Positions 10,057 through 17,890 of a DNA stretch of 64,000 nt are shown here, piece by piece. The position numbers and the translations under genes are program-made. Under the pieces are notes generated by a model. It was not told where the DNA came from. It worked only from the letters and a program-made list of their open reading frames with translations, and ran no database searches. Within the stretch, counting starts at the first letter, position 1, and every line of letters starts with the position of its first letter. The stretch lies in the NCBI GenBank assembly GCA_016870095.1, contig VGCI01000006.1, positions 7,349 through 71,348 on the forward strand, written 5' to 3'. The DNA comes from Alphaproteobacteria bacterium. GTDB lineage: Bacteria; Pseudomonadota; Alphaproteobacteria; Paracaedibacterales; VGCI01.

Positions 10057-10947
10057 TTAAGGCCGCCGCCAAACTTCTGCCACTTCTTTTAAGAAGGTAT
10101 AAAAGGCCTGAATTTTTGGCGAGCCCTCCAAACTTTTATGATAGGTAAAGTAATAAGGAATTTTAACATCCGGGTGATCGGGGAAAACATCCACAAGTAA
10201 ATTTTTTTCCACAGTTGTGCGCTCATAGACGAAAGATCCTATCCCGAGTCCTTCCAGTAATGCGTTGCGAAGTGCCGTTCCACTATTGACTTCGATATGG
10301 GCGCGGTATTGATTGTTAGGATCTCGATATTCATGTAAAATATTGTGAGATTTAAACGATTCCGGGTCAGATAGATTATAAAAAATGAGCTTGTGATTTT
10401 TCAGATCCTCAAAAGTTTTGGGGGAGGAATGAGATTTGATATAGCTCGGAGAAGCGTATACCCTTTGTAAGCCGTCATAGAGGTGATGTTGAATAATATC
10501 CGGATCAGAAAATTTTGTGGGAACAAGACCTAAATCAGCATCACCAATTTGAAATTGAAAAACATCGGCCAAAGACATAAATTTAAAATTAAGGTGGGGA
10601 TATTTATGGGTAAGGGCTGGGAGGTATCTGAAAATGTGATCGATGGTTCCTGTGCCCATTACAATTTTTAAAGTCCCTGAAGGATTGAGCTTTCTTTCAC
10701 GAATTAGAGCTGCTCCCTGATCAAGCCGACCAATGGTTTGTTGGCATAATTCTAAAAATTCTTGGCCTTCCGCTGTTAAACTGATGCCTCTTGAATGGCG
10801 AATAAAAAGAGTTATTCCCACTTCGTTGGCTAGAGCGGTCATTTGACGCCCTAAATTAGGTTGCGTGGTACCAACTTCTTGGGCGGCTTTACTCAAATTT
10901 TTAGTGCGCGCCACGACCGTAAAGGATTTAAGGTGGGTCAGTTCCAT
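10057..10947 (-). CDS. LysR family transcriptional regulator
   Basis: N-terminal wHTH MELTHLKSFTVVARTKNLSKAAQEVGTTQPNLGRQMTALANEVGITLF followed by a LysR substrate-binding region. Confidence 0.9.
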   Translation of the reverse strand: MELTHLKSFTVVARTKNLSKAAQEVGTTQPNLGRQMTALANEVGITLFIRHSRGISLTAEGQEFLELCQQTIGRLDQGAALIRERKLNPSGTLKIVMGTGTIDHIFRYLPALTHKYPHLNFKFMSLADVFQFQIGDADLGLVPTKFSDPDIIQHHLYDGLQRVYASPSYIKSHSSPKTFEDLKNHKLIFYNLSDPESFKSHNILHEYRDPNNQYRAHIEVNSGTALRNALLEGLGIGSFVYERTTVEKNLLVDVFPDHPDVKIPYYFTYHKSLEGSPKIQAFYTFLKEVAEVWRRP

Positions 10948-11251
10948 TTTAAATAGCCTCTATATATGGGAAATAATAATTATGCCATCATAATTATGAA
11001 TACCTTAATATCCTCTTAAAACCCATTTCATTATTGCACTTAATACAATGTCTAAAAACTTATATCACAAGAGAAATAGAATTGGGAAAAAATATGCCAG
11101 ATTAAGGAGGTGGGTATTACAGGGATCGTAAGAATTACTTTATATAGGGTACAATTTTTGTTTTTTTTACTAAATACTTAATATTAGAATATTTGAGAGT
11201 GTTTAGGGTTTTGACCTTACCATGTTATTGTTATCTTTTCTCTAAGATTTA

Positions 11252-11277
11252 AGAGAAGGCTTTTTATGGCCTTCTCT
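11252..11277 (-). terminator. hairpin downstream of the sORF pair (possible terminator)
   Basis: Perfect 9-bp stem AGAGAAGGC (11252-11260) / GCCTTCTCT (11269-11277) with an 8-nt loop. There is no clear U-tract on the reverse strand, so confidence is low. Confidence 0.35.
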
Positions 11278-11345
11278 AGAACCTATATGAACAAATTTAT
11301 TTTTTCATTAACATAATTACGTAAAATAACTAAAATTTTTGTAAC

Positions 11346-11411
11346 TTATTCGCCCACAAATATAGGTGAATAAGCTTGAGCTACTTTTGATTCGATAGTT
11401 AGTTTTTTCAT
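11346..11411 (-). CDS. sORF-A, 21-aa peptide MKKLTIESKVAQAYSPIFVGE (unknown function)
   Basis: ATG to TAA spans 22 codons, with AAGGAAG 6 nt upstream of the ATG. It is a paralogue of sORF-B with 18/21 aa identical. Differences are mostly synonymous, and similarity ends at the start and stop codons. Confidence 0.5.
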   Translation of the reverse strand: MKKLTIESKVAQAYSPIFVGE

Positions 11412-11513
11412 GTTAGTCTTCCTTATTTAAAAGTGAATTATAATTTATACAAAGAGTTGTTTTAAAGAATAACGGCTCTGCCTATTGCAGAGAGCAGTTA
11501 AAATCATTCCTGT

Positions 11514-11579
11514 TTATTCACCTACAAATATGGGTGAATAGCATTGTGCTACTTTTGATTCAATGGCTAGTTTTTGCAT
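11514..11579 (-). CDS. sORF-B, 21-aa peptide MQKLAIESKVAQCYSPIFVGE (unknown function)
   Basis: Same length and frame as sORF-A, with GGAG 6 nt upstream of the ATG at 11579. In-frame ATGs also occur at 11582, 11591 and 11594, so the N-terminus could be up to 5 aa longer. Confidence 0.5.
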   Translation of the reverse strand: MQKLAIESKVAQCYSPIFVGE

Positions 11580-12176
11580 CATAATCTCCATCATTAAAAA
11601 TATTATAAATACCTTGAGAAAGTGTTGAGGCTGTTTAGTGGCTTTTTTTAATTATTTTGCGAGCCTCTTTATACCTCTGTAGACTAGCCCACGATAATTT
11701 TTGGACCAATAAATATTTTTAATTTAATTGTCTTAAAATACATTTTAACAAACATAAAACCATTAATAATTTATTGAATAAACTTAGAAATTCTTTTAAC
11801 TATCTTCTAAAGCGACAAAACGCCACGCCCTAAAATAATTTTTGAGATATACAATAACTGCAGATGTTTTATTTAAAATATGCAATTCACTATTTGTCAT
11901 TTTATTTATGAATATTTACTTCACGCTTTCCAATGTATAGGCGTAAAGCCGGTGTTCACCCTGCATCAACAAGGGCAATACCCTTGATGAATTGACAATC
12001 AGAATTACCTTGCCCCTTAACCAGATGTTTACGCTCTTCCCTCTATGATTAAGGTTAATAAGGAACACGAAAGGCACACACGAATAATAAGATTCTGACA
12101 AAGTGCAAGCAGTTAAGGAGTTTGAGTCAATTTTTCTCTTTTTCTGCATTTCATGTCCAATAGTTTGTGAGGAAAA

Positions 12177-13055
12177 ATGAAACAATTTTCATCGGGTTCG
12201 ACTACAAAGCATGCGGACCTGGAGTATATCCGCCAGTTGATGGACCAGCCCCTACTGAAACGGGATGAAGAACATGAATTAGCGATTGCCTGGCACGATC
12301 GACATGACGAAAAGGCTTTACATCTCCTGGTGCAGGCTTATATGCGGTTAGTAGTGAGTACAGCAGTGCGATTCCGCCATTATGGCATTCCCTTATCAGA
12401 TCTTATTCAAGAAGGTAATCTTGGGCTCATGTATGCGGCTGAGCGGTTTGATCCAGAAAGAGATGTTCGTTTTTCCACCTATGCCAGGTGGTGGATACGG
12501 TCTCATATTCAAGAATATATATTGCGCAATTGGTCTATTGTTAGGACCGGCTCCACATCATCTCAAAAGCAGCTCTTTTTTAATTTGCGTCGTCTGAAGG
12601 CGCAATTGGCAAAAATGAGCACAGACCAAATGACGATGGAAGAAAGAGGACATATTGCTGAAACTTTGCAAGTTCCTTTACATGATGTTGAGGATATGGA
12701 AAATCGGCTTTCTTCACATGATTTATCTTTGAGTCATCCGATGAGTGAAACGGGTAGTGATGATTGGGTGGATTCATTGGCAGATCAAAATCCTGATCCC
12801 GAAACTTCAGCTGTTATTAATCTTGACGATAGTATTCGCCGATTATGGATTCAAGGCGCCATGCATTATTTAAGCCCGCGAGAGCGCATGATCATAACTG
12901 TGCGTCGGTTAGCAGATCATCCCACAACTTTAGAAGATGTTGGTAAAAAATTGAAAATTAGTAAAGAGCGCGTGCGTCAGTTGGAGGTCAGAGCGATTCG
13001 CAAGATGCGGCATCATTTGTTACACAACATTCAAGATTTAAAGGAAGTGTTGTAA
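12177..13055 (+). CDS. rpoH: RNA polymerase sigma-32 (heat-shock sigma factor)
   Basis: Sigma-70 regions 2-4 are present (QEGNLGLMYAAERFDP, STYARWWIR) together with the RpoH box QKQLFFNLRRLK. GAGGA lies 4 nt before the ATG. Confidence 0.93.
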   Translation: MKQFSSGSTTKHADLEYIRQLMDQPLLKRDEEHELAIAWHDRHDEKALHLLVQAYMRLVVSTAVRFRHYGIPLSDLIQEGNLGLMYAAERFDPERDVRFSTYARWWIRSHIQEYILRNWSIVRTGSTSSQKQLFFNLRRLKAQLAKMSTDQMTMEERGHIAETLQVPLHDVEDMENRLSSHDLSLSHPMSETGSDDWVDSLADQNPDPETSAVINLDDSIRRLWIQGAMHYLSPRERMIITVRRLADHPTTLEDVGKKLKISKERVRQLEVRAIRKMRHHLLHNIQDLKEVL

Positions 13056-13114
13056 GACAACACATCGCTTCTTACCCCGTTGGGGTGAAGAAAATTCTGC
13101 TCGTAGAGGAAGCT

Positions 13115-13957
13115 ATGCATAACAGTGAAACGATGAAAGTCACATTTTGGGGCGTGCGAGGGAGCCACCCTCAGTGCAAATCCGCTTTCGATAAGGTGGG
13201 GGGGCATACCAGCTGTGTCAGCTTAGAAATGGGCGATCAATATCTGTTTCTTGATGCGGGAACGGGGATTATTGACGCAGGGAATGAAATAATGAAGCGG
13301 GGAATCAATAAGGCTACTCTTATGATTTCTCATACTCATGTGGACCATATTGGTGGATTAGCATTTTTTAAACCTCTCTATCAGTCAGATTTTGAATTAT
13401 CAATTATTGCCAGCGGGCTTTTGTTAAAAGACGATACGGAAAAGGGAATAGAATCTGTGCTGGCAAAAGTTATGTCACCCCCTTATTTCCCCATTCCCTG
13501 GAATGAAATTCCCTGTACTCGCTCCCTTATAGATGTTCCCATCGGCGGACAGTTTTCTTTAAATCATTTGAAGGTATCTACAATAGCTTTGGATCATCCG
13601 GGGGGGAGTTCTGGCTATCGGATTGAGTGGGATGACAAATCTATTTGTTATATTACAGATACGAGTCATACTCCTGGCGTTCTGGCTCCCCATTTGATTG
13701 AATTTATACAGCGCACCAATTTAATGATTTATGATTCAACTTTTACTGAAGAAGAGTTTGCTTTAAAATCAACCTGGGGGCATTCAACTTGGAATCAAGG
13801 TGTTGCTTTAGCTAAGGCAGCGGCAATTGGAGAGCTTGCTCTTTTTCACCATGACCCAGATCATGATGATGTTTTTATGGCCGATATTGAATGTCAGGCT
13901 CAAAAGCACTTTTCCCATACCTTTGTGGCACGTCAAGGAATGACGCGGGAAATATAA
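13115..13957 (+). CDS. MBL-fold metallo-hydrolase
   Basis: HxHxDH motif ISHTHVDHIGG and family-typical N-terminus MKVTFWGVRGS. The start is uncertain (GTG 13085, ATG 13115 with GAGGAAG, ATG 13133). GTG 13085 lies inside a small hairpin that follows rpoH. Confidence 0.8.
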   Translation: MHNSETMKVTFWGVRGSHPQCKSAFDKVGGHTSCVSLEMGDQYLFLDAGTGIIDAGNEIMKRGINKATLMISHTHVDHIGGLAFFKPLYQSDFELSIIASGLLLKDDTEKGIESVLAKVMSPPYFPIPWNEIPCTRSLIDVPIGGQFSLNHLKVSTIALDHPGGSSGYRIEWDDKSICYITDTSHTPGVLAPHLIEFIQRTNLMIYDSTFTEEEFALKSTWGHSTWNQGVALAKAAAIGELALFHHDPDHDDVFMADIECQAQKHFSHTFVARQGMTREI

Positions 13958-13999
13958 GAACGAGAAATAGAAAATAATTTATCAAAGTTTAGGCCTTTT

Positions 14000-14758
14000 A
14001 TGTATTATTGGTTTCCATTTTTAGGATTTTGCATGCTCTTGATGATGCCTGCATTTTCTCTTGATGATCTCAAAACTAAAGAAATGCATGCTTATCCAAA
14101 AATGTGCAGAATATGGGACACAATTGAAAAAGTAAGATTTCCCAATCAAAGTCCTCTCATTCCCCATGCGATTTTCTATGACGGGGGAACCTGCTTGGAT
14201 ATATTTGTTACATTTGAGAGCGATAGTGGATTTATGGAATCTACGGGCGAAGAAAACGATGTTCCCGAAAGTCCTCGCTTTTTACCTTCGCCGAGGGCTG
14301 CCAAAAAAGAGGATAATGGTCATTTTGGAAACGAAACTCTTGACGGAAAATTTAGATATTACACTCAAAATGCAACTCTGCAAGATTCTAATATCCTTCC
14401 AGGGCCAATCACTATAAAATTGTGGTGCTATCGAGATTCGACGGGACTTAAAAAATTATACTTCACCAAAAGCAGTGCTGTTCTGCGATTATCCATACCA
14501 TCTTTAGACAGTAAATCTTTTAATTCGGATATGGCCAAATACCTTATAAAGGTCCTACAAAGTGGTTTTCGATCCCCACCTCAGCAAGGCATGGAATGCG
14601 TAGATTGGCGTGGGGAAGATAAAGTTATCAATATGGTAGTAAAAACATTAGGGCATCATTTTATTAGATATACGAATCGACCATTCTGCTCGGTCTTTAA
14701 AGGGATTGTTAACGAGTGTCGAGAAGAACGGAAAATTTTGGATGAAGTTGAAAGGTAA
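14000..14758 (+). CDS. hypothetical secreted protein (Cys-containing, no recognised domain)
   Basis: A 252-aa ORF with N-terminal hydrophobic signal YYWFPFLGFCMLLMMPAFS. A terminator hairpin follows it. Confidence 0.5.
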   Translation: MYYWFPFLGFCMLLMMPAFSLDDLKTKEMHAYPKMCRIWDTIEKVRFPNQSPLIPHAIFYDGGTCLDIFVTFESDSGFMESTGEENDVPESPRFLPSPRAAKKEDNGHFGNETLDGKFRYYTQNATLQDSNILPGPITIKLWCYRDSTGLKKLYFTKSSAVLRLSIPSLDSKSFNSDMAKYLIKVLQSGFRSPPQQGMECVDWRGEDKVINMVVKTLGHHFIRYTNRPFCSVFKGIVNECREERKILDEVER

Positions 14759-14796
14759 TTTCAGCCTTATACTCTCTAAATAACACCGTCTAACCG

Positions 14797-14829
14797 TTTA
14801 CCTCTCCCCAGAAACAGGAGAGAGGTAAA
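14797..14829. terminator. bidirectional terminator hairpin between convergent genes
   Basis: 10-bp stem TTTACCTCTC (14797-14806) / GAGAGGTAAA (14820-14829), with a T-run (tttttt) shortly downstream on the + strand. Confidence 0.6.
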
Positions 14830-14844
14830 TGATTACATATTTTT

Positions 14845-16122
14845 TCAAGTAAACTTAAGCTGCCCTTCGCCGTGATAGATCCGTACGAACTTTAAAGCAA
14901 TGAGTGAGGCAATTGCCGCACCAGTCAAATAAAAGGCAGGCACCATATTTGTACCCAACTGATTAATCATATAAGTGACGAGTATGGGGGCCGTACCGCC
15001 AAACAAGGGACCGCTGATGTTGGTCGTAACCGCGATGGCTGAGAAGCGAATGCTTGTCGGAAAGGCTTCCACCATCATAGCCGCGGTGGGGCCAAAATAA
15101 CCACCAGCCGCTATTGCAAAAACCAATTGTGCCCAAAAGATGGTCATCATATTTGTCGTAGTTGTTATAATCCAGAATAAGGGAATTGTGCCGCAAATGA
15201 ATATGAGGGCTGCGCCTGTCATTACGGGTTTGCGCCCAACCTTATCTGATAACCACGCCCCTAAAACAGTAAATACACAAACCAAAAATAGGTTAATTGT
15301 ATTGATCGTAAAGGCAACATCATCTGCTAAATGAAGTTGTTTGGTCATGAATGTTGGCATATAGGTGAACAAGGTGTAAAAGCTTAAATCATGTAGCATG
15401 ATCGCCAAAACAACAACAGTTAGAGTGATCCAATGCTCTTTAAAGACTTGAGTTATAGGGTATTTAGATACTTTACCTGATTCTTGAACGGCCATAAATT
15501 CAGGGGTTTCGGGTATTTTTGTTCGTAAATAATACCCAACAAAACATATAAGAATGCCTAATAAAAATGGTACGCGCCATCCCCACGTATTTAAATCGTG
15601 TTCTGACAAAACATAAGAAAATAAAGTAGCAGTGGCCGAGCCTAATAAAATACCCACTAAGCAACTTGTAATAGCAAAACTACCAATGAGACCGCGATGT
15701 TTGGGATCGGAATGCTCTGTTGTAAACGTAATAGAGCCTCCATAATTACCGCCCATAGAAAATCCTTGAAGCATTCGCATAACAATGAGCAATATTGAGG
15801 CAGAAATACCGATTTCTTCGTATGTTGGCAGCAAGCCGATGACAGCCGTGGGAATTGCCATCAAAATAATAGCTAGTACTAAAGCTTGCTTTCTTCCCAC
15901 TTTATCACCAATGTGGCCAAAGACTATCCCGCCCAAGGGGCGCACAAAAAACCCAACTGCAAAGACACCGAATGCTTTAATGAGTTCGGTGGTTTCATCG
16001 GCCGAGGGGAAAAAAAGTTTCCCCAATATGGGGGCAAAATAAGCAAATAAAATAAAATCATAAAATTCGAATAGGTTACCCATCATGCTGGTGACAACAG
16101 TTCGAAATAATGGTTTTTTCAT
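14845..16122 (-). CDS. MFS transporter, metabolite:H+ symporter (MHS, ProP-like) family
   Basis: GNLFEFYDFILFAYFAPILGKLFFP and GHIGDKVGRK motifs with about 12 TM segments. The ATG at 16122 is preceded by GGAG at 6 nt, whereas the track start at 16134 is TTG. Confidence 0.85.
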   Translation of the reverse strand: MKKPLFRTVVTSMMGNLFEFYDFILFAYFAPILGKLFFPSADETTELIKAFGVFAVGFFVRPLGGIVFGHIGDKVGRKQALVLAIILMAIPTAVIGLLPTYEEIGISASILLIVMRMLQGFSMGGNYGGSITFTTEHSDPKHRGLIGSFAITSCLVGILLGSATATLFSYVLSEHDLNTWGWRVPFLLGILICFVGYYLRTKIPETPEFMAVQESGKVSKYPITQVFKEHWITLTVVVLAIMLHDLSFYTLFTYMPTFMTKQLHLADDVAFTINTINLFLVCVFTVLGAWLSDKVGRKPVMTGAALIFICGTIPLFWIITTTTNMMTIFWAQLVFAIAAGGYFGPTAAMMVEAFPTSIRFSAIAVTTNISGPLFGGTAPILVTYMINQLGTNMVPAFYLTGAAIASLIALKFVRIYHGEGQLKFT

Positions 16123-16526
16123 AGCACGCTCCAATACATATATTGTCCCTTAATTTTATTAAGGGATAGAATTAACTTAAGGTTAAATTTATTTTGATGA
16201 ATAAAGAATATAAAAATGGTATATCGGCCTCAGCCGAGGAGTTGTAGGGAAAGGAGTAATAAAGAATTTGAATATAATATTTTCATAACAGTCTCAAATA
16301 TGTTTATTAAACACATGCATAACATAGGAGAAGAATGGTGTCTACTGATATCCACCATCCCTCCTAAATACATGAAAACAGAGGGTAATAGATTGCCAGT
16401 ATTTTAGGATGCCATGGGAAAATTCTATGAGGGGAAGATTTTTTTAATTGTTAATTAAAGATGTCGTAGGATATTATTTGAGCGTATTTTAATATTAATT
16501 TTTTATAAATATATGGGGAGTCAATC

Positions 16527-16868
16527 ATGAAAAAATTTCTAAGTTTAAGTGCTGTCGTTCTTTTATTAAATGTTGAAACGTTTGCTTGTGAAGATGCGAA
16601 AGTCGTAAATGATGCAGTTGCTAGAGCAAATTCATCTCAGCAGTTTGGGGAGGAAATGAAGGCTTATGGGGGGGTCAAACAAATTATGTCTTCTGGTAAC
16701 TTTCATGAAAGCGCAGAAGGCTGGGGGCGTTTTAAAGCTTATATTCTTCAGCATCCCTTAGTTCTTCGCCCTACGAAAGAGCATAATCCTATTTGTGTGT
16801 ATGATCGCTATAATGTTAGCGGGGGAAGTCTAGGTGTTGTCCTAAATAAAAAAGTTGCAGCAAAATAA
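16527..16868 (+). CDS. hypothetical small secreted protein
   Basis: A 113-aa ORF with signal peptide MKKFLSLSAVVLLLNVETFA and GGGGAG before the ATG. No recognised domain. Confidence 0.5.
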   Translation: MKKFLSLSAVVLLLNVETFACEDAKVVNDAVARANSSQQFGEEMKAYGGVKQIMSSGNFHESAEGWGRFKAYILQHPLVLRPTKEHNPICVYDRYNVSGGSLGVVLNKKVAAK

Positions 16869-17144
16869 TTTCTATTAAATACTTTCATGGGGCAAGCACC
16901 ATTCCCATATGACATAAAAGGAAAAATCTATGCTTGCTCCATATTCTTACAATCTTTAAGACTTGGATTTTTTTACCACAAGAAAATATGCAATTATTTT
17001 TTAAGTTAAATCTAGTTAAATAATTAAATAAATTAGCATCCTATCCTGGCCGAGGAGCAACGAATAAAAATTTGAAAATTCATCTATAGGTATACCAAAA
17101 AGATGAGACTAATATAAGAAAAAATCCTTAGTTTTCGGCTATTT

Positions 17145-17870
17145 TTAGGACGAAGTCAAATAATTTGACAACCTGATTTTGTACTTTTGAAATAGGGGTT
17201 GTTGAGGGGAAGGCACTTTGGGAGACCTCATTAACAAGTGCTGAATAAGCCAGAATCCTATGTAAATTAATGGAGAACAACAAATGATAAAGAAAGACTT
17301 AAAAAGATATGTGTGGATGATGAGCATTCCCATACGTTCTTTGGGGAGTATGGAAAAGAGAGTTAAGATACCTATGACGATGCAGGTATCGACAAATAGA
17401 GATAGAGTGCTGCTCGCATAACTTCTCAGCCATAACCATTTTTTACCCGTTATGCGGTGAATCCATAAATATAAAATGGCATCTAACCGTTGCCCGATGT
17501 AGCAAGCGATAAGGGATGCGATAAATGCAATATTATAATATCCAAAGACTTTATGAAAAGTTTCAGTGCTTACGCGAGACCATTCCGTTGCTTCAAGGAA
17601 GTCCATACCTATAATAATTAAAGCGATAAGAATATTCATGCAAATGGCGAGATGGATACAAAATTTTACTTTTGTAGCCCCAAAAAATTCACTAATTAGG
17701 CCGGTCAACATGAATGTGACAGGGTATAAAATAGCCCCTACTGATAGTTCTAGGGGATAAAAAGGGAAAATAGATATGGAGACAAATTTTTGGTAAATTA
17801 GATTCCCCATGACAATGAGAACTGAAAAGAGAGTACACAAACTCAAGTAGATTTTATCAGATATATTCAT
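17145..17870 (-). CDS. yhhQ: queuosine-precursor transporter (YhhQ/VUT, DUF165 family)
   Basis: Polytopic 241-aa protein containing the YPVTFMLTGLISEFFG segment that I recognise from the YhhQ family. Confidence 0.7.
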   Translation of the reverse strand: MNISDKIYLSLCTLFSVLIVMGNLIYQKFVSISIFPFYPLELSVGAILYPVTFMLTGLISEFFGATKVKFCIHLAICMNILIALIIIGMDFLEATEWSRVSTETFHKVFGYYNIAFIASLIACYIGQRLDAILYLWIHRITGKKWLWLRSYASSTLSLFVDTCIVIGILTLFSILPKERMGMLIIHTYLFKSFFIICCSPLIYIGFWLIQHLLMRSPKVPSPQQPLFQKYKIRLSNYLTSS

Positions 17871-17890
17871 TATGTTCTTAAGACTTTGAT

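Noticed and set aside
11103-11112. A perfect 10-nt anti-16S complement, TAAGGAGGTG, in the lysR-sORF spacer (+ strand).
   Set aside because: No ATG, GTG or TTG lies at a usable distance. Only an ATT at 11116 would open a 21-codon ORF (ITGIVRITLYRVQFLFFLLNT). That is too speculative to call a gene and could be chance or a ribosome-standby site.
11916-12185. An 89-aa reverse-strand ORF just upstream of and overlapping the rpoH start.
   Set aside because: It has no SD and no recognisable motif, its composition is odd (Cys/Ser/Leu-rich with no pattern), and it overlaps the rpoH start. I treat it as noncoding; the region is discussed as a possible UTR or RNA instead.
13072-13088. A small hairpin after rpoH (TTACCCC-gtt-GGGGTGA) as a terminator.
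   Set aside because: The stem is only 7 bp including a G-U pair, the loop is 3 nt, and no U-tract follows. I used it only as a weak argument against the GTG 13085 start of the MBL hydrolase.
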